64,000 bases of DNA from Pseudobdellovibrionaceae bacterium (GCA_044359815.1 JBIKLL010000007.1:1-64000), one strand, 5' to 3'. Positions 49,308-59,398 are shown, counted from the stretch's first letter. Translations and numbers: made by a program. The notes: generated by a model not told the origin, from the letters alone.

Positions 49308-50252
49308 TTAGTATGATAATTTGCCTAGGGCATCGACTAATTCACGAACAGCTTTTGCTGAATTTTCTAATCCAGCACGTTCAGTGTCATTAAGCTTTAA
49401 CTCAATGACTTGCTCCATTCCTTTGCCGCCCAGTTTGCACATGACTCCCATAAACAAACCCTTCATGCCATATTCGCCATTCAGTTCGACAGCGCAAGGT
49501 AAAATTCTTTTTTGATCTTTCAAAATAGCTTCAGCCATTTGCACAGCAGAAGCAGATGGAGAATAAAAAGCGGAACCTGTTTTTAGCAAATTCACGATTT
49601 CAGCGCCGCCTTGTCTCGTTCTTTGCACAAGAGCATCGATTTTTTCAGTAGAAAGCATTTCGTTTAATGGAACTCCCCCTACAGAACAATGTCTGGGCAT
49701 CGGCACCATTGTGTCTCCGTGTCCACCCAATACGATCGCATGAATATCTTTAACGCTGACTCTGAGTTCTTCTGAAATAAATGTTCTGAATCGAGCTGTG
49801 TCTAACACACCAGCCATTCCGATTACGCGCTCACGAGGAAATCCAGTAACTTGTTTTGCGACAAATGCCATAGCATCCAGCGGATTGCTGACAACAATGA
49901 CTGTGGAATTTGGGGAATATTGTTTAATACCTTCGCAACACGCTTTAACAATTTTTGCATTGGTTGCTAATAAATCATCACGGCTCATGCCAGGCTTTCT
50001 GGGTAAACCAGCTGTTACAATAACAACATCAGAATCCGCAGTGTCTTTGTAATCACTGGTGCCGATCACTCTGGAATCAAACATTTCAACAGGAGCTGCC
50101 TCATACAGATCCAAAGCTTTACCTTTTGCAACACCTTCGTTGATGTCTAACAAAACAACATCGCCCAATTCTTTTGAAGCTGCCCAATGAGCCGCAGTTG
50201 ACCCAACAAATCCCGCACCAATAACCGTAATTTTTTTTCTTTTGTGATTCAT
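49308..50252 (-). CDS. mdh: Malate dehydrogenase (LDH-like)
   Basis: [23 protein letters not shown]. Confidence 0.97.
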   Translation of the reverse strand: MNHKRKKITVIGAGFVGSTAAHWAASKELGDVVLLDINEGVAKGKALDLYEAAPVEMFDSRVIGTSDYKDTADSDVVIVTAGLPRKPGMSRDDLLATNAKIVKACCEGIKQYSPNSTVIVVSNPLDAMAFVAKQVTGFPRERVIGMAGVLDTARFRTFISEELRVSVKDIHAIVLGGHGDTMVPMPRHCSVGGVPLNEMLSTEKIDALVQRTRQGGAEIVNLLKTGSAFYSPSASAVQMAEAILKDQKRILPCAVELNGEYGMKGLFMGVMCKLGGKGMEQVIELKLNDTERAGLENSAKAVRELVDALGKLSY

Positions 50253-50310
50253 ATTTTCTCCTTGCGTTTACTGTGACATTCAAACTTAAATCAATAAGTT
50301 AGACAAGCAA

Positions 50311-51102
50311 ATGTTCATGACCCAAACTGCAACAAAAACGCCTTCGGCGATTCATCTTAAAAACCTCTCGGTCCGTTTCGGAAATGAAGTCATATTAAAT
50401 TCAGTGAATCTGCAGATTTCAGAGGGGGAAATCGTAACTTTGGTAGGTCCCAGCGGAAAAGGCAAAAGTGTTTTGCTTAAATCAATGGCTGGATTGGTTG
50501 AACCGACTTCTGGCGAGGTTTTAATCAGAGGGCTCAACGTTAACAATCTTGACCGTAAGCATAAGCAGGAAGTTCTAAAAAAGATGGGAATGCTGTTTCA
50601 GAAAAACGCACTTTTTGACAGCTTGACAGTCGCTGAAAATATTATTTTTCCGCTACAGGAAGTCAATAAGATCGAAATCAGCAAAGCCAGGGAAATTGCA
50701 GAAAAACTTTTGGAGGCTGTTGGAATATTGCATGCTAAGGATCTTTATCCTGACGAAATTTCTGGCGGTATGCAGAAAAGACTGGGAATCGCCAGAGCGA
50801 TGGCGCTGAAACCAGAAATAGTATTTTATGATGACCCAACGGCAGGTTTAGATCCTATTACATCCAGAAAAATCATCGATTTAATTTTGGAACTGCAGCG
50901 CCAACAGAAATCCACAGTTGTTGTGATCACAAATGACATGAACCGAGCCTACCAATTAGGCGGACGAAATCTGATGGTTGTGGATGCTGAAGTTATTGAA
51001 ACCGGAAACCAATCGCAAACCATGCAGCATAAAGATCCTCGTGTTTATCAGTTTATCAGGGGATTAATTGAAGGACCTTTAAAAGGGATTGCTCCAAAAT
51101 GA
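50311..51102 (+). CDS. MlaF/Mkl-type ABC ATPase with degenerate catalytic motifs
   Basis: GPSGKGKS, FQ..ALFDSL, ISGGMQKR, but YDDPT and ITND. Confidence 0.9.
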   Translation: MFMTQTATKTPSAIHLKNLSVRFGNEVILNSVNLQISEGEIVTLVGPSGKGKSVLLKSMAGLVEPTSGEVLIRGLNVNNLDRKHKQEVLKKMGMLFQKNALFDSLTVAENIIFPLQEVNKIEISKAREIAEKLLEAVGILHAKDLYPDEISGGMQKRLGIARAMALKPEIVFYDDPTAGLDPITSRKIIDLILELQRQQKSTVVVITNDMNRAYQLGGRNLMVVDAEVIETGNQSQTMQHKDPRVYQFIRGLIEGPLKGIAPK

Positions 51103-51845
51103 TCGAATTTAAAAACGTGGTCAAAAGTTTTGGCAAAAGAACAATTCTAAAGGGCTTAAGTTTTAAAATTCAAAAAGGAAAAATTCTGTTTGTTTTAGGA
51201 ACTTCAGGTACCGGAAAATCGGTATTGTTGAAAAACCTGGTGGGATTGTTGAAGCCTGACAGTGGTGAAATATTTGTGGATGGAGTTGAGGTTTCGAAAT
51301 ATTCTGAATTGCAGTATTTGGACGTACGAAAAAAAGTTGGAATGGTGTTTCAGCATCCGGCTTTATTTGACTCGTTGACAGTTTTTGAAAATGTAGCCTT
51401 TGGGCTTCGCAAACACTATTCACTGCAGGAATCAGAAATTAGTTTCAGAGTGCAAAAAGCCTTGGAGCTAGTGCATTTGATTGGGATTGAAAACAAATTG
51501 CCGCAGGAAATATCCTATGGAATGCAAAAACGAGTCAGCTTGGCGCGCACTGTGGCCCTTGAGCCCCAGGTGCTGTTATTTGATGAGCCCACAACGGGTT
51601 TGGATCCAGTCACCACAAATTCAGTGAATCATTTGATCCAAGAGCTTTCACGAAAACTTAACACAACCTCAATTGTCGTCAGTCATGACATGCAGTGCGC
51701 TCTGGAAATTGCTGACTGGATCATGGTTATGGATCAGGGAAATATTGTTGATCAAGGGACACCCAAGGATCTGAGAAATTCAAAAGTGCAATTGGTAAAA
51801 GATTTTTTATACGAAGTCTTAAGCTTGGAAGGCCAAAATGTTTAA
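51099..51845 (+). CDS. MlaF/Mkl-type ABC ATPase
   Basis: GTSGTGKS, ISYGMQKR, FDEPT, VSHD. Confidence 0.92.
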   Translation: MIEFKNVVKSFGKRTILKGLSFKIQKGKILFVLGTSGTGKSVLLKNLVGLLKPDSGEIFVDGVEVSKYSELQYLDVRKKVGMVFQHPALFDSLTVFENVAFGLRKHYSLQESEISFRVQKALELVHLIGIENKLPQEISYGMQKRVSLARTVALEPQVLLFDEPTTGLDPVTTNSVNHLIQELSRKLNTTSIVVSHDMQCALEIADWIMVMDQGNIVDQGTPKDLRNSKVQLVKDFLYEVLSLEGQNV

Positions 51846-52614
51846 TCAGCTAAATGCTTTGTTAGAACAAACCGGTCAGGGACTGATTTTTACAAAGCAG
51901 GTGTTTCACACAATGATTAGCAGACCCAGCAAAAGATCCGAAGTTTTTATACAGATTTGGCGAGTCACAGAACAGAGCCTGCCCACTACGGCTATGGCGG
52001 GATTTTTTGTTGGTGCGATTATGACCGTGCAATTTACTTTGCAGATGAAAGAATTTGGAGCCCTGGGATATTTAGGTGGACTGGCTACCAGTGGAACTGT
52101 TCGAGAGGTCGGTCCACTATTGATTGCATTTATGTTGAGTGGGAAAATCGGCGCCTTTACCAGTGCAGAGCTTGGCACTATGAAGGTCACTGAACAAATT
52201 GATGCCATCAGATGTTTAGGGGCAGATCCGATTCAAGAAATTATTGTCCCCAGGTTGATTGGAATCATTGTTTCATCGTTTGCCTTATTGAGCCTTGGTT
52301 TATTTATGTCGATTTTTGGTGGGATGTTGATGGGCTCAGTGTTCGCAGACGTCAGTCCGGGGGAATACATGCGCCACATCCCGACTATTTTGACAGTTTC
52401 ATCTATCGTCAATGGATTGATAAAGTGTTTTGTGTTTGCTTTGCTATTGGCAATAACTTGTACCTTTATGGGATACACCGCAACAGGTGGAGCTAAGGGT
52501 GTGGGGAAAGCTGTTATCAACACTGCAGTCACCACTATGGTTGGAATTGTTGTCGCTGATTGGTTTACCAGTCTGATGAGCGAATGGGCCACCAGATTGA
52601 TCAGGGGATATTGA
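51838..52614 (+). CDS. MlaE-family permease
   Basis: REVGP, AELGTMKVTEQIDA, GGAKGVG. Confidence 0.93.
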   Translation: MFNQLNALLEQTGQGLIFTKQVFHTMISRPSKRSEVFIQIWRVTEQSLPTTAMAGFFVGAIMTVQFTLQMKEFGALGYLGGLATSGTVREVGPLLIAFMLSGKIGAFTSAELGTMKVTEQIDAIRCLGADPIQEIIVPRLIGIIVSSFALLSLGLFMSIFGGMLMGSVFADVSPGEYMRHIPTILTVSSIVNGLIKCFVFALLLAITCTFMGYTATGGAKGVGKAVINTAVTTMVGIVVADWFTSLMSEWATRLIRGY

Positions 52615-53381
52615 TGACTAAATCACTAAAACTTTTTTATGTGGTCGAGGAAGTTTTATCGTTTTTTGGTCTTTGTGCTCACGCATTGATGGGGATATTT
52701 TCACCCCCCTTTCGTCCGAAAGAATTTATTAAACAGTTTGAATTTGTAGCAAATGGCAGTTTGTTTATTGTGGTTTTTTGTGTGTGTTTTGCAGCCATGG
52801 TGACGATTCTGGAAAGCTCTTTTCATATGAAATTAGTCATTCAAAATGATTCGATGGTTCCAGGTTTTGCCGCAATGTTAATTCTGCGTGAACTGGGTGC
52901 GGTTGTGACGGCTTTACTGCTGACCAGCCGAGTGGGTGCCGGCATCGCAGCTGAAGTGGGATCAATGAAAGTCACCGAACAGATTGATGCGCTCAAGATG
53001 CTGGCGATTGATCCAATACAGTTTTTAGTTGTCCCCAGATTATTGGCCTGTGTTTTAGGAAGCATGTGCCTGACCGTGTTTGCAAACTTGGTGTGTATTT
53101 ACTGTGCCATGCTGGTCAGTCAGTCTTATTTGGGATTCACACCGGGGCTTTTTGTGACTGCGATGGTTCGGTTTGTGGATTTTAAAGATTTGCTTTTTTC
53201 TATGGTTAAAGGTGCAGCGTTTGGTTTTGTGATTCCTCTGATCAGTTGCTATTTTGGTTTCAAATGTAAAGCGGGTGCAGAGGGTGTGGGCGCGGCTACA
53301 ACCAACAGTGTCGTAACGGCATCAGTATGTATCATTGTGATTGATTTTATCTTATCATATATTTTTTCGAACTTTTATTAG
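52614..53381 (+). CDS. MlaE-family permease (second copy)
   Basis: RELG, AEVGSMKVTEQIDAL, GAEGVG.ATT. Confidence 0.93.
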   Translation: MTKSLKLFYVVEEVLSFFGLCAHALMGIFSPPFRPKEFIKQFEFVANGSLFIVVFCVCFAAMVTILESSFHMKLVIQNDSMVPGFAAMLILRELGAVVTALLLTSRVGAGIAAEVGSMKVTEQIDALKMLAIDPIQFLVVPRLLACVLGSMCLTVFANLVCIYCAMLVSQSYLGFTPGLFVTAMVRFVDFKDLLFSMVKGAAFGFVIPLISCYFGFKCKAGAEGVGAATTNSVVTASVCIIVIDFILSYIFSNFY

Positions 53382-53390
53382 AGGGGGCAC

Positions 53391-54167
53391 ATGAAAGCAG
53401 AAGCCAAGGTAGGACTTTTATTTTTAGCAACGGTGGCTTTAATTGGTGGCTTTGCCTATGTGTTGGGGGTGGTTGCGCCGTTTTCCGACACACAAACAAT
53501 TAATGTTTTGTATAATTATGCCGGAGGGCTCGAGGAAAGCTCACCCGTCAGAGTGATGGGTATCAAGGTTGGAAGGGTTAAAAAGATTTTGTTTGATCCC
53601 AATCAAAAAGACGAAAATGGACAAGAAGTTAAATTAAAAGTTGTCATTGAAGTTGAGAAAAAGGCCTGGACCAGCATTCGGAAAGACTCTAGTTATTTTA
53701 TTAACCTGGCCGGTGTGATCGGAGAAAAATTTTTAGAAATATCACCGGGATCAACCAGTGAACCTGAAATTGAAAACGGTGCTACTGTTAGGGGCGAGGA
53801 TCCACCCAGAATCGACCAGCTGATTTCACAAAGCTATGGTTTAGCCGGTAAAATCATAGAAATAGTTAATAAAAATGAAGGATCAGTGACCAATATGATA
53901 GGTCAATTGGATAAATTAGTATTAAATTTTAATAAAACTTTGGCGTTAATGGATAAAGCTTCCCAAAATAAAGATGTCAGCAAGCTGATGGGTAATATTA
54001 TTAAAATCAGTGATGATTTAGCACACTTAACAGGTCAGTTGAGGGGACAAAAAGCCGAGGAGTCCTTTGCTTTATTGCACAAACTTCTGTTTAGACTTGA
54101 AAACCTGGATGAAAAAGCCATAAGAAAGTTTTTGCAAGAAGAGGGTATCAAGGCAAAGATGTTTTGA
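53391..54167 (+). CDS. MlaD/MCE-domain protein
   Basis: EAKVG, AGGL..SPVR.MGIKVG.V, G.IGEKF.EISPG; helical C terminus. Confidence 0.92.
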   Translation: MKAEAKVGLLFLATVALIGGFAYVLGVVAPFSDTQTINVLYNYAGGLEESSPVRVMGIKVGRVKKILFDPNQKDENGQEVKLKVVIEVEKKAWTSIRKDSSYFINLAGVIGEKFLEISPGSTSEPEIENGATVRGEDPPRIDQLISQSYGLAGKIIEIVNKNEGSVTNMIGQLDKLVLNFNKTLALMDKASQNKDVSKLMGNIIKISDDLAHLTGQLRGQKAEESFALLHKLLFRLENLDEKAIRKFLQEEGIKAKMF

Positions 54168-54205
54168 TCGCATATTACAGATAGGTTTTTAAAACCAGAG
54201 GCTTT

Positions 54206-54838
54206 ATGAAATACTTTTTATTGGTGCTTTTTTTATCGGTAAAGTGTTTTGCTGGACCTGCAGTGATTGTCGAAGAAATTGAGTCCAAAACCACCACAAA
54301 GCAGAGAATCCAACCCATTTCTCAACGAGCGACATTTGAAATTAAGGATTTTGAAGATTCCTATGACTTGAGATCTCAAAAAAGGGTAGGGGCGGGATTT
54401 GTTCTGGGGGGATCTGTTGGATTAATGGGTGTGATGACCGAGCTTAATTTCACGCCCACGGATTCTGTTGTGACAGCATTTGGTGGTGGTCCCAGATATA
54501 ATTCGTTCACCTTAGGTTGGAAACACAGTTGGTCCACGGGCAGTATCAGCCCCTATACTGGAATTAATTATTCATATTGGTACAGTTCATCGCGCAAGCA
54601 AGATTACATGGGTAACAGCAATCCAGGATTTTTAAGTTCAAAAATATTAACCGAAGATGAAAAGAAAAACGGCCAATTTGGCAGAAGTCTGCTGATTCCA
54701 GTGGCGGGTATCCAGTTTTATCAATTGAGTGGTTCAGCGGCAGGGACCAGTGTTTTTGCAGAAGTTGAAATGATAACTTCGGTCGAAGACCTGAAGCCTA
54801 ACATAACAGGATCATTGGGAACTGTTTATTTCTTTTAA
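54206..54838 (+). CDS. Putative outer-membrane beta-barrel protein
   Basis: Signal peptide, alternating amphipathic strands, C-terminal YFF. Confidence 0.65.
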   Translation: MKYFLLVLFLSVKCFAGPAVIVEEIESKTTTKQRIQPISQRATFEIKDFEDSYDLRSQKRVGAGFVLGGSVGLMGVMTELNFTPTDSVVTAFGGGPRYNSFTLGWKHSWSTGSISPYTGINYSYWYSSSRKQDYMGNSNPGFLSSKILTEDEKKNGQFGRSLLIPVAGIQFYQLSGSAAGTSVFAEVEMITSVEDLKPNITGSLGTVYFF

Positions 54839-54850
54839 TCGTCCCAGAAT

Positions 54851-54913
54851 CTAAAGAATCTAAAAACTAAAGACAGCTAAACCTAAAAACACCTAAAACC
54901 AAAGACCCCTAAA
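54851..54913. repeat. Cluster of seven CTAAA (TTTAG) pentamers with variable short spacers
   Basis: CTAAA at 54851, 54860, 54867, 54877, 54883, 54893 and 54909, plus CCAAA at 54899. Confidence 0.7.
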
Positions 54914-54915
54914 AT

Positions 54916-54949
54916 AAAAAACCCTCGGGGTTTTCACCACGAGGGTTTT
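54916..54949 (-). terminator. Rho-independent terminator of the microprotein gene (may be bidirectional)
   Basis: AAAACCCTCG/CGAGGGTTTT stem with T tails on both strands. Confidence 0.8.
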
Positions 54950-54972
54950 AATATTTTTGTCAAAGACAAAAA

Positions 54973-55050
54973 CTACCTTTTTTTAGAAGCTTTCTTTTTA
55001 GTAGCTTTCTTTTTAGTAGCTTTTTTCTTTGTTGCTTTTTTCTTTGCCAT
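54973..55050 (-). CDS. 25-aa Lys-rich histone-H1/protamine-like microprotein MAKKKATKKKATKKKATKKKASKKR (not in the ORF track)
   Basis: ATG at 55050, TAG at 54973; AGGAGG SD 7 nt upstream; terminator directly downstream. Confidence 0.8.
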   Translation of the reverse strand: MAKKKATKKKATKKKATKKKASKKR

Positions 55051-55248
55051 TATTGTTCCTCCTGAATGGATGCCCCAATGGGCGACAAAGTCGTTATTGT
55101 TCTTGTTGTTCTATAATTAGAACAAACTCCCTACCTCAAAGTGTTAATGAGTTTAGCATCGACGTCAATAAAAAATTTTTTGTCCGGCTACTTTTTTGCA
55201 TTTCTTTGATCAAAACGAGACATCAACCAATCAAAAAAGGAAATTGAA

Positions 55249-55995
55249 ATGCAAAATTGGATGATCACAAGTTCTGTTGGACTGATTTTTGGATACTTCA
55301 CGCAAAAAAAAATGCTCCGCAAATCTTTTTTGGACGATCAAGAGGGATTTTTTGTTCATTGGGTGGGGCAAATCACATTGGTAGCGATGTCTTTTGTGAT
55401 GAGAAACAATTCCTACCTGCTATTAATTCTTTTGATGTTGCTGAGTCTGTGTCCATTGGCATGGTCCGAGGTCCGTCGGATGATTTTTATTGAAAATTGG
55501 CGGACCAATCAGGTTTTTTTTCTGGATTTTATGATTTTGCACATGAAAACCGGACTAACGTTGAAGGAATCTGCAAAAAAGCTTTGCTTCAGTCAAAAGG
55601 GCACTCAAAAAAATGTGCTGAGGATGCTGTGTGAAGTTCTGGAAATTCAAAATATCAACCAAGAAGCAGCGGATTTACCCCAAGTGATCAAAAATTTCTT
55701 TGAGGAAATCAAAATTGTTGATCGAAATCCCAGCAAGAAGCTGGAAAACATTGTTAAATTGCGAAGTCATTACAGAATGATGCAAGATTTTAAATTAAGA
55801 GCCAGCTCAGCAGTTATGCAGTCCAGGGCGCAGTCCATTGTTGTAGCTGTGATGTTTGTGGCATGCATGGCGTATTCGATTTCAATCAATCCTGAATTTG
55901 TTAAATCCCAGCCTTTTGCAGCAGCGCTATTGCTATTTTTGGTAGGTGGTTACTGGTTATTTAAAATGGGGGCAAAAACAAAATGGAAAGTATAA
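55249..55995 (+). CDS. Membrane protein, divergent TadB/T2SS-F-like
   Basis: FLD.M...MKTG..L.ES pattern, QSRAQS, then two TM segments. Confidence 0.55.
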   Translation: MQNWMITSSVGLIFGYFTQKKMLRKSFLDDQEGFFVHWVGQITLVAMSFVMRNNSYLLLILLMLLSLCPLAWSEVRRMIFIENWRTNQVFFLDFMILHMKTGLTLKESAKKLCFSQKGTQKNVLRMLCEVLEIQNINQEAADLPQVIKNFFEEIKIVDRNPSKKLENIVKLRSHYRMMQDFKLRASSAVMQSRAQSIVVAVMFVACMAYSISINPEFVKSQPFAAALLLFLVGGYWLFKMGAKTKWKV

Positions 55996-56402
55996 GCCCA
56001 CTGTTGTCCTTGGTTCTGTCAATGAAGTTTGGATTTCAAAATGGCTTGTCGTTAAGGCAAAGTCTGCAAATTTATCTGAACAAAGATTTAAATTCTGAAT
56101 GGAGATCCCTTGTACACAGTTGGCTGAGGTCTATCGAACTGAATGGACAGGTGCCGACCTTTGAGCAATTCGATCACTTAACCAGGATAACTTTTGAAAC
56201 TTTGGCCAAAGGCATGAGTCATCAGCCAATTGTTGAGACTCTGGACCAGCTAGAGGAAGAAATTGTGATAAGGGATCAGATTTACTTGCAGCGCCAAATA
56301 GCAATTTTGCCCATAAAGTCACTGATTCCCCTCTTGTTGTTACAAGTTCCTGCACTTATGATCTTGGTGTTTGTGCCATTATTAAACAAGTTGTCCTTTT
56401 GA
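55983..56402 (+). CDS. Membrane protein, short TadC-like
   Basis: G.PIVETL..LEEE...LPIKSLIPLLLL.VPA resembles a TadC C terminus. Confidence 0.5.
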   Translation: MESISPLLSLVLSMKFGFQNGLSLRQSLQIYLNKDLNSEWRSLVHSWLRSIELNGQVPTFEQFDHLTRITFETLAKGMSHQPIVETLDQLEEEIVIRDQIYLQRQIAILPIKSLIPLLLLQVPALMILVFVPLLNKLSF

Positions 56403-56455
56403 CCAAACAAAGGAAGGACTGAATCAGATTTTCAGATAAACCAACGGAGGGGTGG

Positions 56456-56644
56456 ATGAAAGACAAAAAACTGATAGAATTAGTCTCGGAACTTCAAAAA
56501 AATTCGCCAAATCAGACTAAAATCAAAGAACTTTTTTTAAAACTTAGTTTACCTTTTTCGACTGACCCTATAGAACAAATGGCGACAGTATTAATGGCTA
56601 TCGATCGCCAAAAAGGGGTCAGAAAAAATGAAGCGTCTATATAA
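56456..56644 (+). CDS. Small hypothetical protein
   Basis: GGAGG SD; overlaps the start of the next gene. Confidence 0.55.
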   Translation: MKDKKLIELVSELQKNSPNQTKIKELFLKLSLPFSTDPIEQMATVLMAIDRQKGVRKNEASI

Positions 56645-58013
56645 TAACATTCTGGAAGCAGTCGGACACACGCCCATTATCAGATTAAACGGCGTTTCCA
56701 AAAACAGTCAGCACGTGTTTTGGGGTAAGGTTGAATTTTATAATCCCGGCGGAAGCGTTAAAGACAGAATTGCGATTTCGATTATCGAACAGGCTGAAAA
56801 GCGTGGCGAGCTGAAGCCAGGCGGAACTATTATTGAAGCTACATCTGGAAATACAGGCTTGGGTCTGGCGATGGTGGCATCAATCCGTGGATACAAAACA
56901 ATTTTTGTGATGCCTGATAAAATCAGCGAAGAAAAGCGGGCAATCTTGAGGGCCTACGGAGCCAAGGTTATTATTACCCCGACAGCTGTGGAGCCAGAAG
57001 ATCCCAGATCCTATCTGTCAGTGGCAAAAAAATTAGTCGAAATCACTCCTAATTCTTTTTATGCAAATCAATATCACAATCCTGATAATCCAAAAATGCA
57101 TTATCAATCCACGGGACCAGAAATTTTTGAGCAAATAGGTGATAAAATTGACGTGTTTGTGGCAGGCGCCGGGACTGGTGGAACCATTTCAGGCGTGGGT
57201 AAATATTTAAAGGAAAAAAAGCCAGGGGTGAAAATCGTATTGGCCGATCCCGTAGGCAGTATTTTGTATGATTTGTTTCATCATAAAAAGGTCATTAATC
57301 CTCCACAACCCTACAAAGTTGAAGGCGTTGGTGAAGACATGTTACCCGATAACGTTCATTTTAATGTTATGGATGACGCCGTTCAGGTTGATGATAAATC
57401 TGCGTTTTTGATGACTCGGGAATTGGTGGCAAAAGATGGACTTTGCGTGGGTCCATCAGCTGGTATGGCTGTATGTGCAGCGGTTGAATATTCTAAAAAG
57501 CTAACAAAACCCTCTAATATATTGGTGCTGTTGCCGGATAATGGCCGGGCCTATCTGAGCAAAGCATTTAACGATGCTTGGATGAGGGAAAATGGATTTT
57601 TGCCGTCACCATTAAAATCCAGAACAGTTTGGGATTTATTGGAATGGCGAAAAAGTTCAGCTGAATTGGTAACTGCCGATGTTGGGGACAAAGTTGTGGA
57701 TGTGGTTACCAAAATGCAGAAGGTTGGGATATCTCAGGTTCCAGTGTTTTCTAACGGGCAATTGGTAGGAATCCTTGACGAGTCAGATTTGTTGGAGCCC
57801 TTGGTGCGAGGATCGTTGAAACCAACGGAACCAATAATTCATCTGGTAAAAGGCACTATCGAATACATCCAGCCCAATGAAGATTTGGCAAAATTAAACG
57901 AACTGCTAACTAAGGGCTTTGTGGCCTTGGTTAAAGACGGTACTAAACTGAGAATCATAACCAAAATAGATCTGCTGCAATACATGGGCGAAATGGCAGA
58001 CCTGCAAACTTAG
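56628..58013 (+). CDS. Cystathionine beta-synthase-like PLP enzyme with a C-terminal CBS domain
   Basis: NPGGSVKDR, ATSGNTG, GTGGT, VEGVGED; ISQVPV..GILDESDL. Confidence 0.88.
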   Translation: MKRLYNNILEAVGHTPIIRLNGVSKNSQHVFWGKVEFYNPGGSVKDRIAISIIEQAEKRGELKPGGTIIEATSGNTGLGLAMVASIRGYKTIFVMPDKISEEKRAILRAYGAKVIITPTAVEPEDPRSYLSVAKKLVEITPNSFYANQYHNPDNPKMHYQSTGPEIFEQIGDKIDVFVAGAGTGGTISGVGKYLKEKKPGVKIVLADPVGSILYDLFHHKKVINPPQPYKVEGVGEDMLPDNVHFNVMDDAVQVDDKSAFLMTRELVAKDGLCVGPSAGMAVCAAVEYSKKLTKPSNILVLLPDNGRAYLSKAFNDAWMRENGFLPSPLKSRTVWDLLEWRKSSAELVTADVGDKVVDVVTKMQKVGISQVPVFSNGQLVGILDESDLLEPLVRGSLKPTEPIIHLVKGTIEYIQPNEDLAKLNELLTKGFVALVKDGTKLRIITKIDLLQYMGEMADLQT

Positions 58014-58053
58014 GGTAAGCATTTTTGATTTTTAAAATATATTTGGAGGCACA

Positions 58054-59214
58054 ATGAGCAACACAGAGTTGGGTTTCAGTACTCGAGCCATTCACGCGGG
58101 ACAGTCACCTGATCCGACTACGGGAGCTATCATGACACCCGTTTATCTGACATCTACTTATGTGCAAGAATCACCTGGGGTGCATAAAGGCTGGGAATAC
58201 AGTCGGACCCACAATCCAACACGAAAAGCCTACGAAAACTGTTTAGCCAGTTTAGAAGAAGGCAAGTATGGATTTGCATTCGCATCCGGCTGCGCGGCTA
58301 CGACTACAATTTTGCATTTGTTCAAACAAGGTGACCACGTCATTGCAGGCGATGATATGTATGGGGGCACTTTTAGACTGTTTGATAAAGTGATTAAAAA
58401 TAACGGCATAGAATTTTCCTACGTGGATTTAGCAAAGCCAGAAAATTTTAAAGCAGCCATTAAGCCGAACACTAAAATGGTGTGGCTTGAAACGCCGACC
58501 AATCCAATGATGAAGTTGGTGGATATCAGAAAAATCTCAAAATTGGCTGCAGAAAAAGGAATTATCACAGTGGTCGATAATACTTTTATGAGTCCTGCTT
58601 TTCAGCGCCCAATAAGTTTGGGTGCTGATATTGTCATGCATTCGGCAACCAAGTTTATTGGTGGTCATTCTGACATAATTGGCGGAGCTGCTATTACCAA
58701 CCGACAGGATTTAGCGGACAAACTGCAATTTTATAGCAATTCAATGGGGGGAGTGCAGGCGACTTTTGATGCTTTTTTATGTCTTAGGAGTTTAAAAACT
58801 CTTCCGATCAGAATGAAAGCTCACGAAGCAAACGCCTTTGCTGTAGCAGAATTTTTGCAAAAAAATAAATTTGTCGAGAAAGTTTTGTACCCGGGATTGG
58901 CATCGCATCCCCAGCATTCACTGGCCAAGGAACAAATGCTGGGTATGGGTGGGATGATTACGTTTTTTATTAAGGGCGGTATCGATAATGCGCGAAAGTT
59001 TTTAGAAAACGTCAGAATTTTTGCTCTTGCTGAAAGTTTAGGCGGAGTAGAGTCTTTGGTTGATCATCCGGCAATAATGACACATGCCAGCGTTCCTGCA
59101 GAAACCAGAAAAGCACTGGGTATTGATGATTCTTTGATCAGACTCAGCGTTGGTATCGAAGATTTAGACGATCTGATCACCGATCTTGAAAATGCTTTTA
59201 AGCACTGTCGTTGA
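58054..59214 (+). CDS. Cystathionine gamma-lyase/synthase (Cys/Met PLP family)
   Basis: EYSR..NPT, ETPTNP, DNTF, HSATKFIGGHSD, AESLGGVESL. Confidence 0.92.
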   Translation: MSNTELGFSTRAIHAGQSPDPTTGAIMTPVYLTSTYVQESPGVHKGWEYSRTHNPTRKAYENCLASLEEGKYGFAFASGCAATTTILHLFKQGDHVIAGDDMYGGTFRLFDKVIKNNGIEFSYVDLAKPENFKAAIKPNTKMVWLETPTNPMMKLVDIRKISKLAAEKGIITVVDNTFMSPAFQRPISLGADIVMHSATKFIGGHSDIIGGAAITNRQDLADKLQFYSNSMGGVQATFDAFLCLRSLKTLPIRMKAHEANAFAVAEFLQKNKFVEKVLYPGLASHPQHSLAKEQMLGMGGMITFFIKGGIDNARKFLENVRIFALAESLGGVESLVDHPAIMTHASVPAETRKALGIDDSLIRLSVGIEDLDDLITDLENAFKHCR

Positions 59215-59322
59215 CCTGAGGGCATTTGAGTTGTAACAACATTGACTTTGGTTGCATGGCCCAAGTTATTAAGGTTTCACCTTTGGGTGAATATATTGAT
59301 GGCACGTACATGCGGTGCAGAT

Positions 59323-59398
59323 GGCTCGGTAGCTCAGTTGGTAGAGCAGCGGACTGAAAATCCGTGTGTCGGCGGTTCAATTCCGTCCCGAGCCACCA
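59323..59398 (+). tRNA. tRNA-Phe(GAA)
   Basis: 76-nt cloverleaf, anticodon loop CTGAAAA, GGTTCAATTCC T arm, encoded CCA. Confidence 0.97.

Noticed and set aside
55029..55247. 72-aa + strand ORF
   Set aside because: No SD or recognisable features; it overlaps the better-supported minus-strand microprotein gene and its leader.
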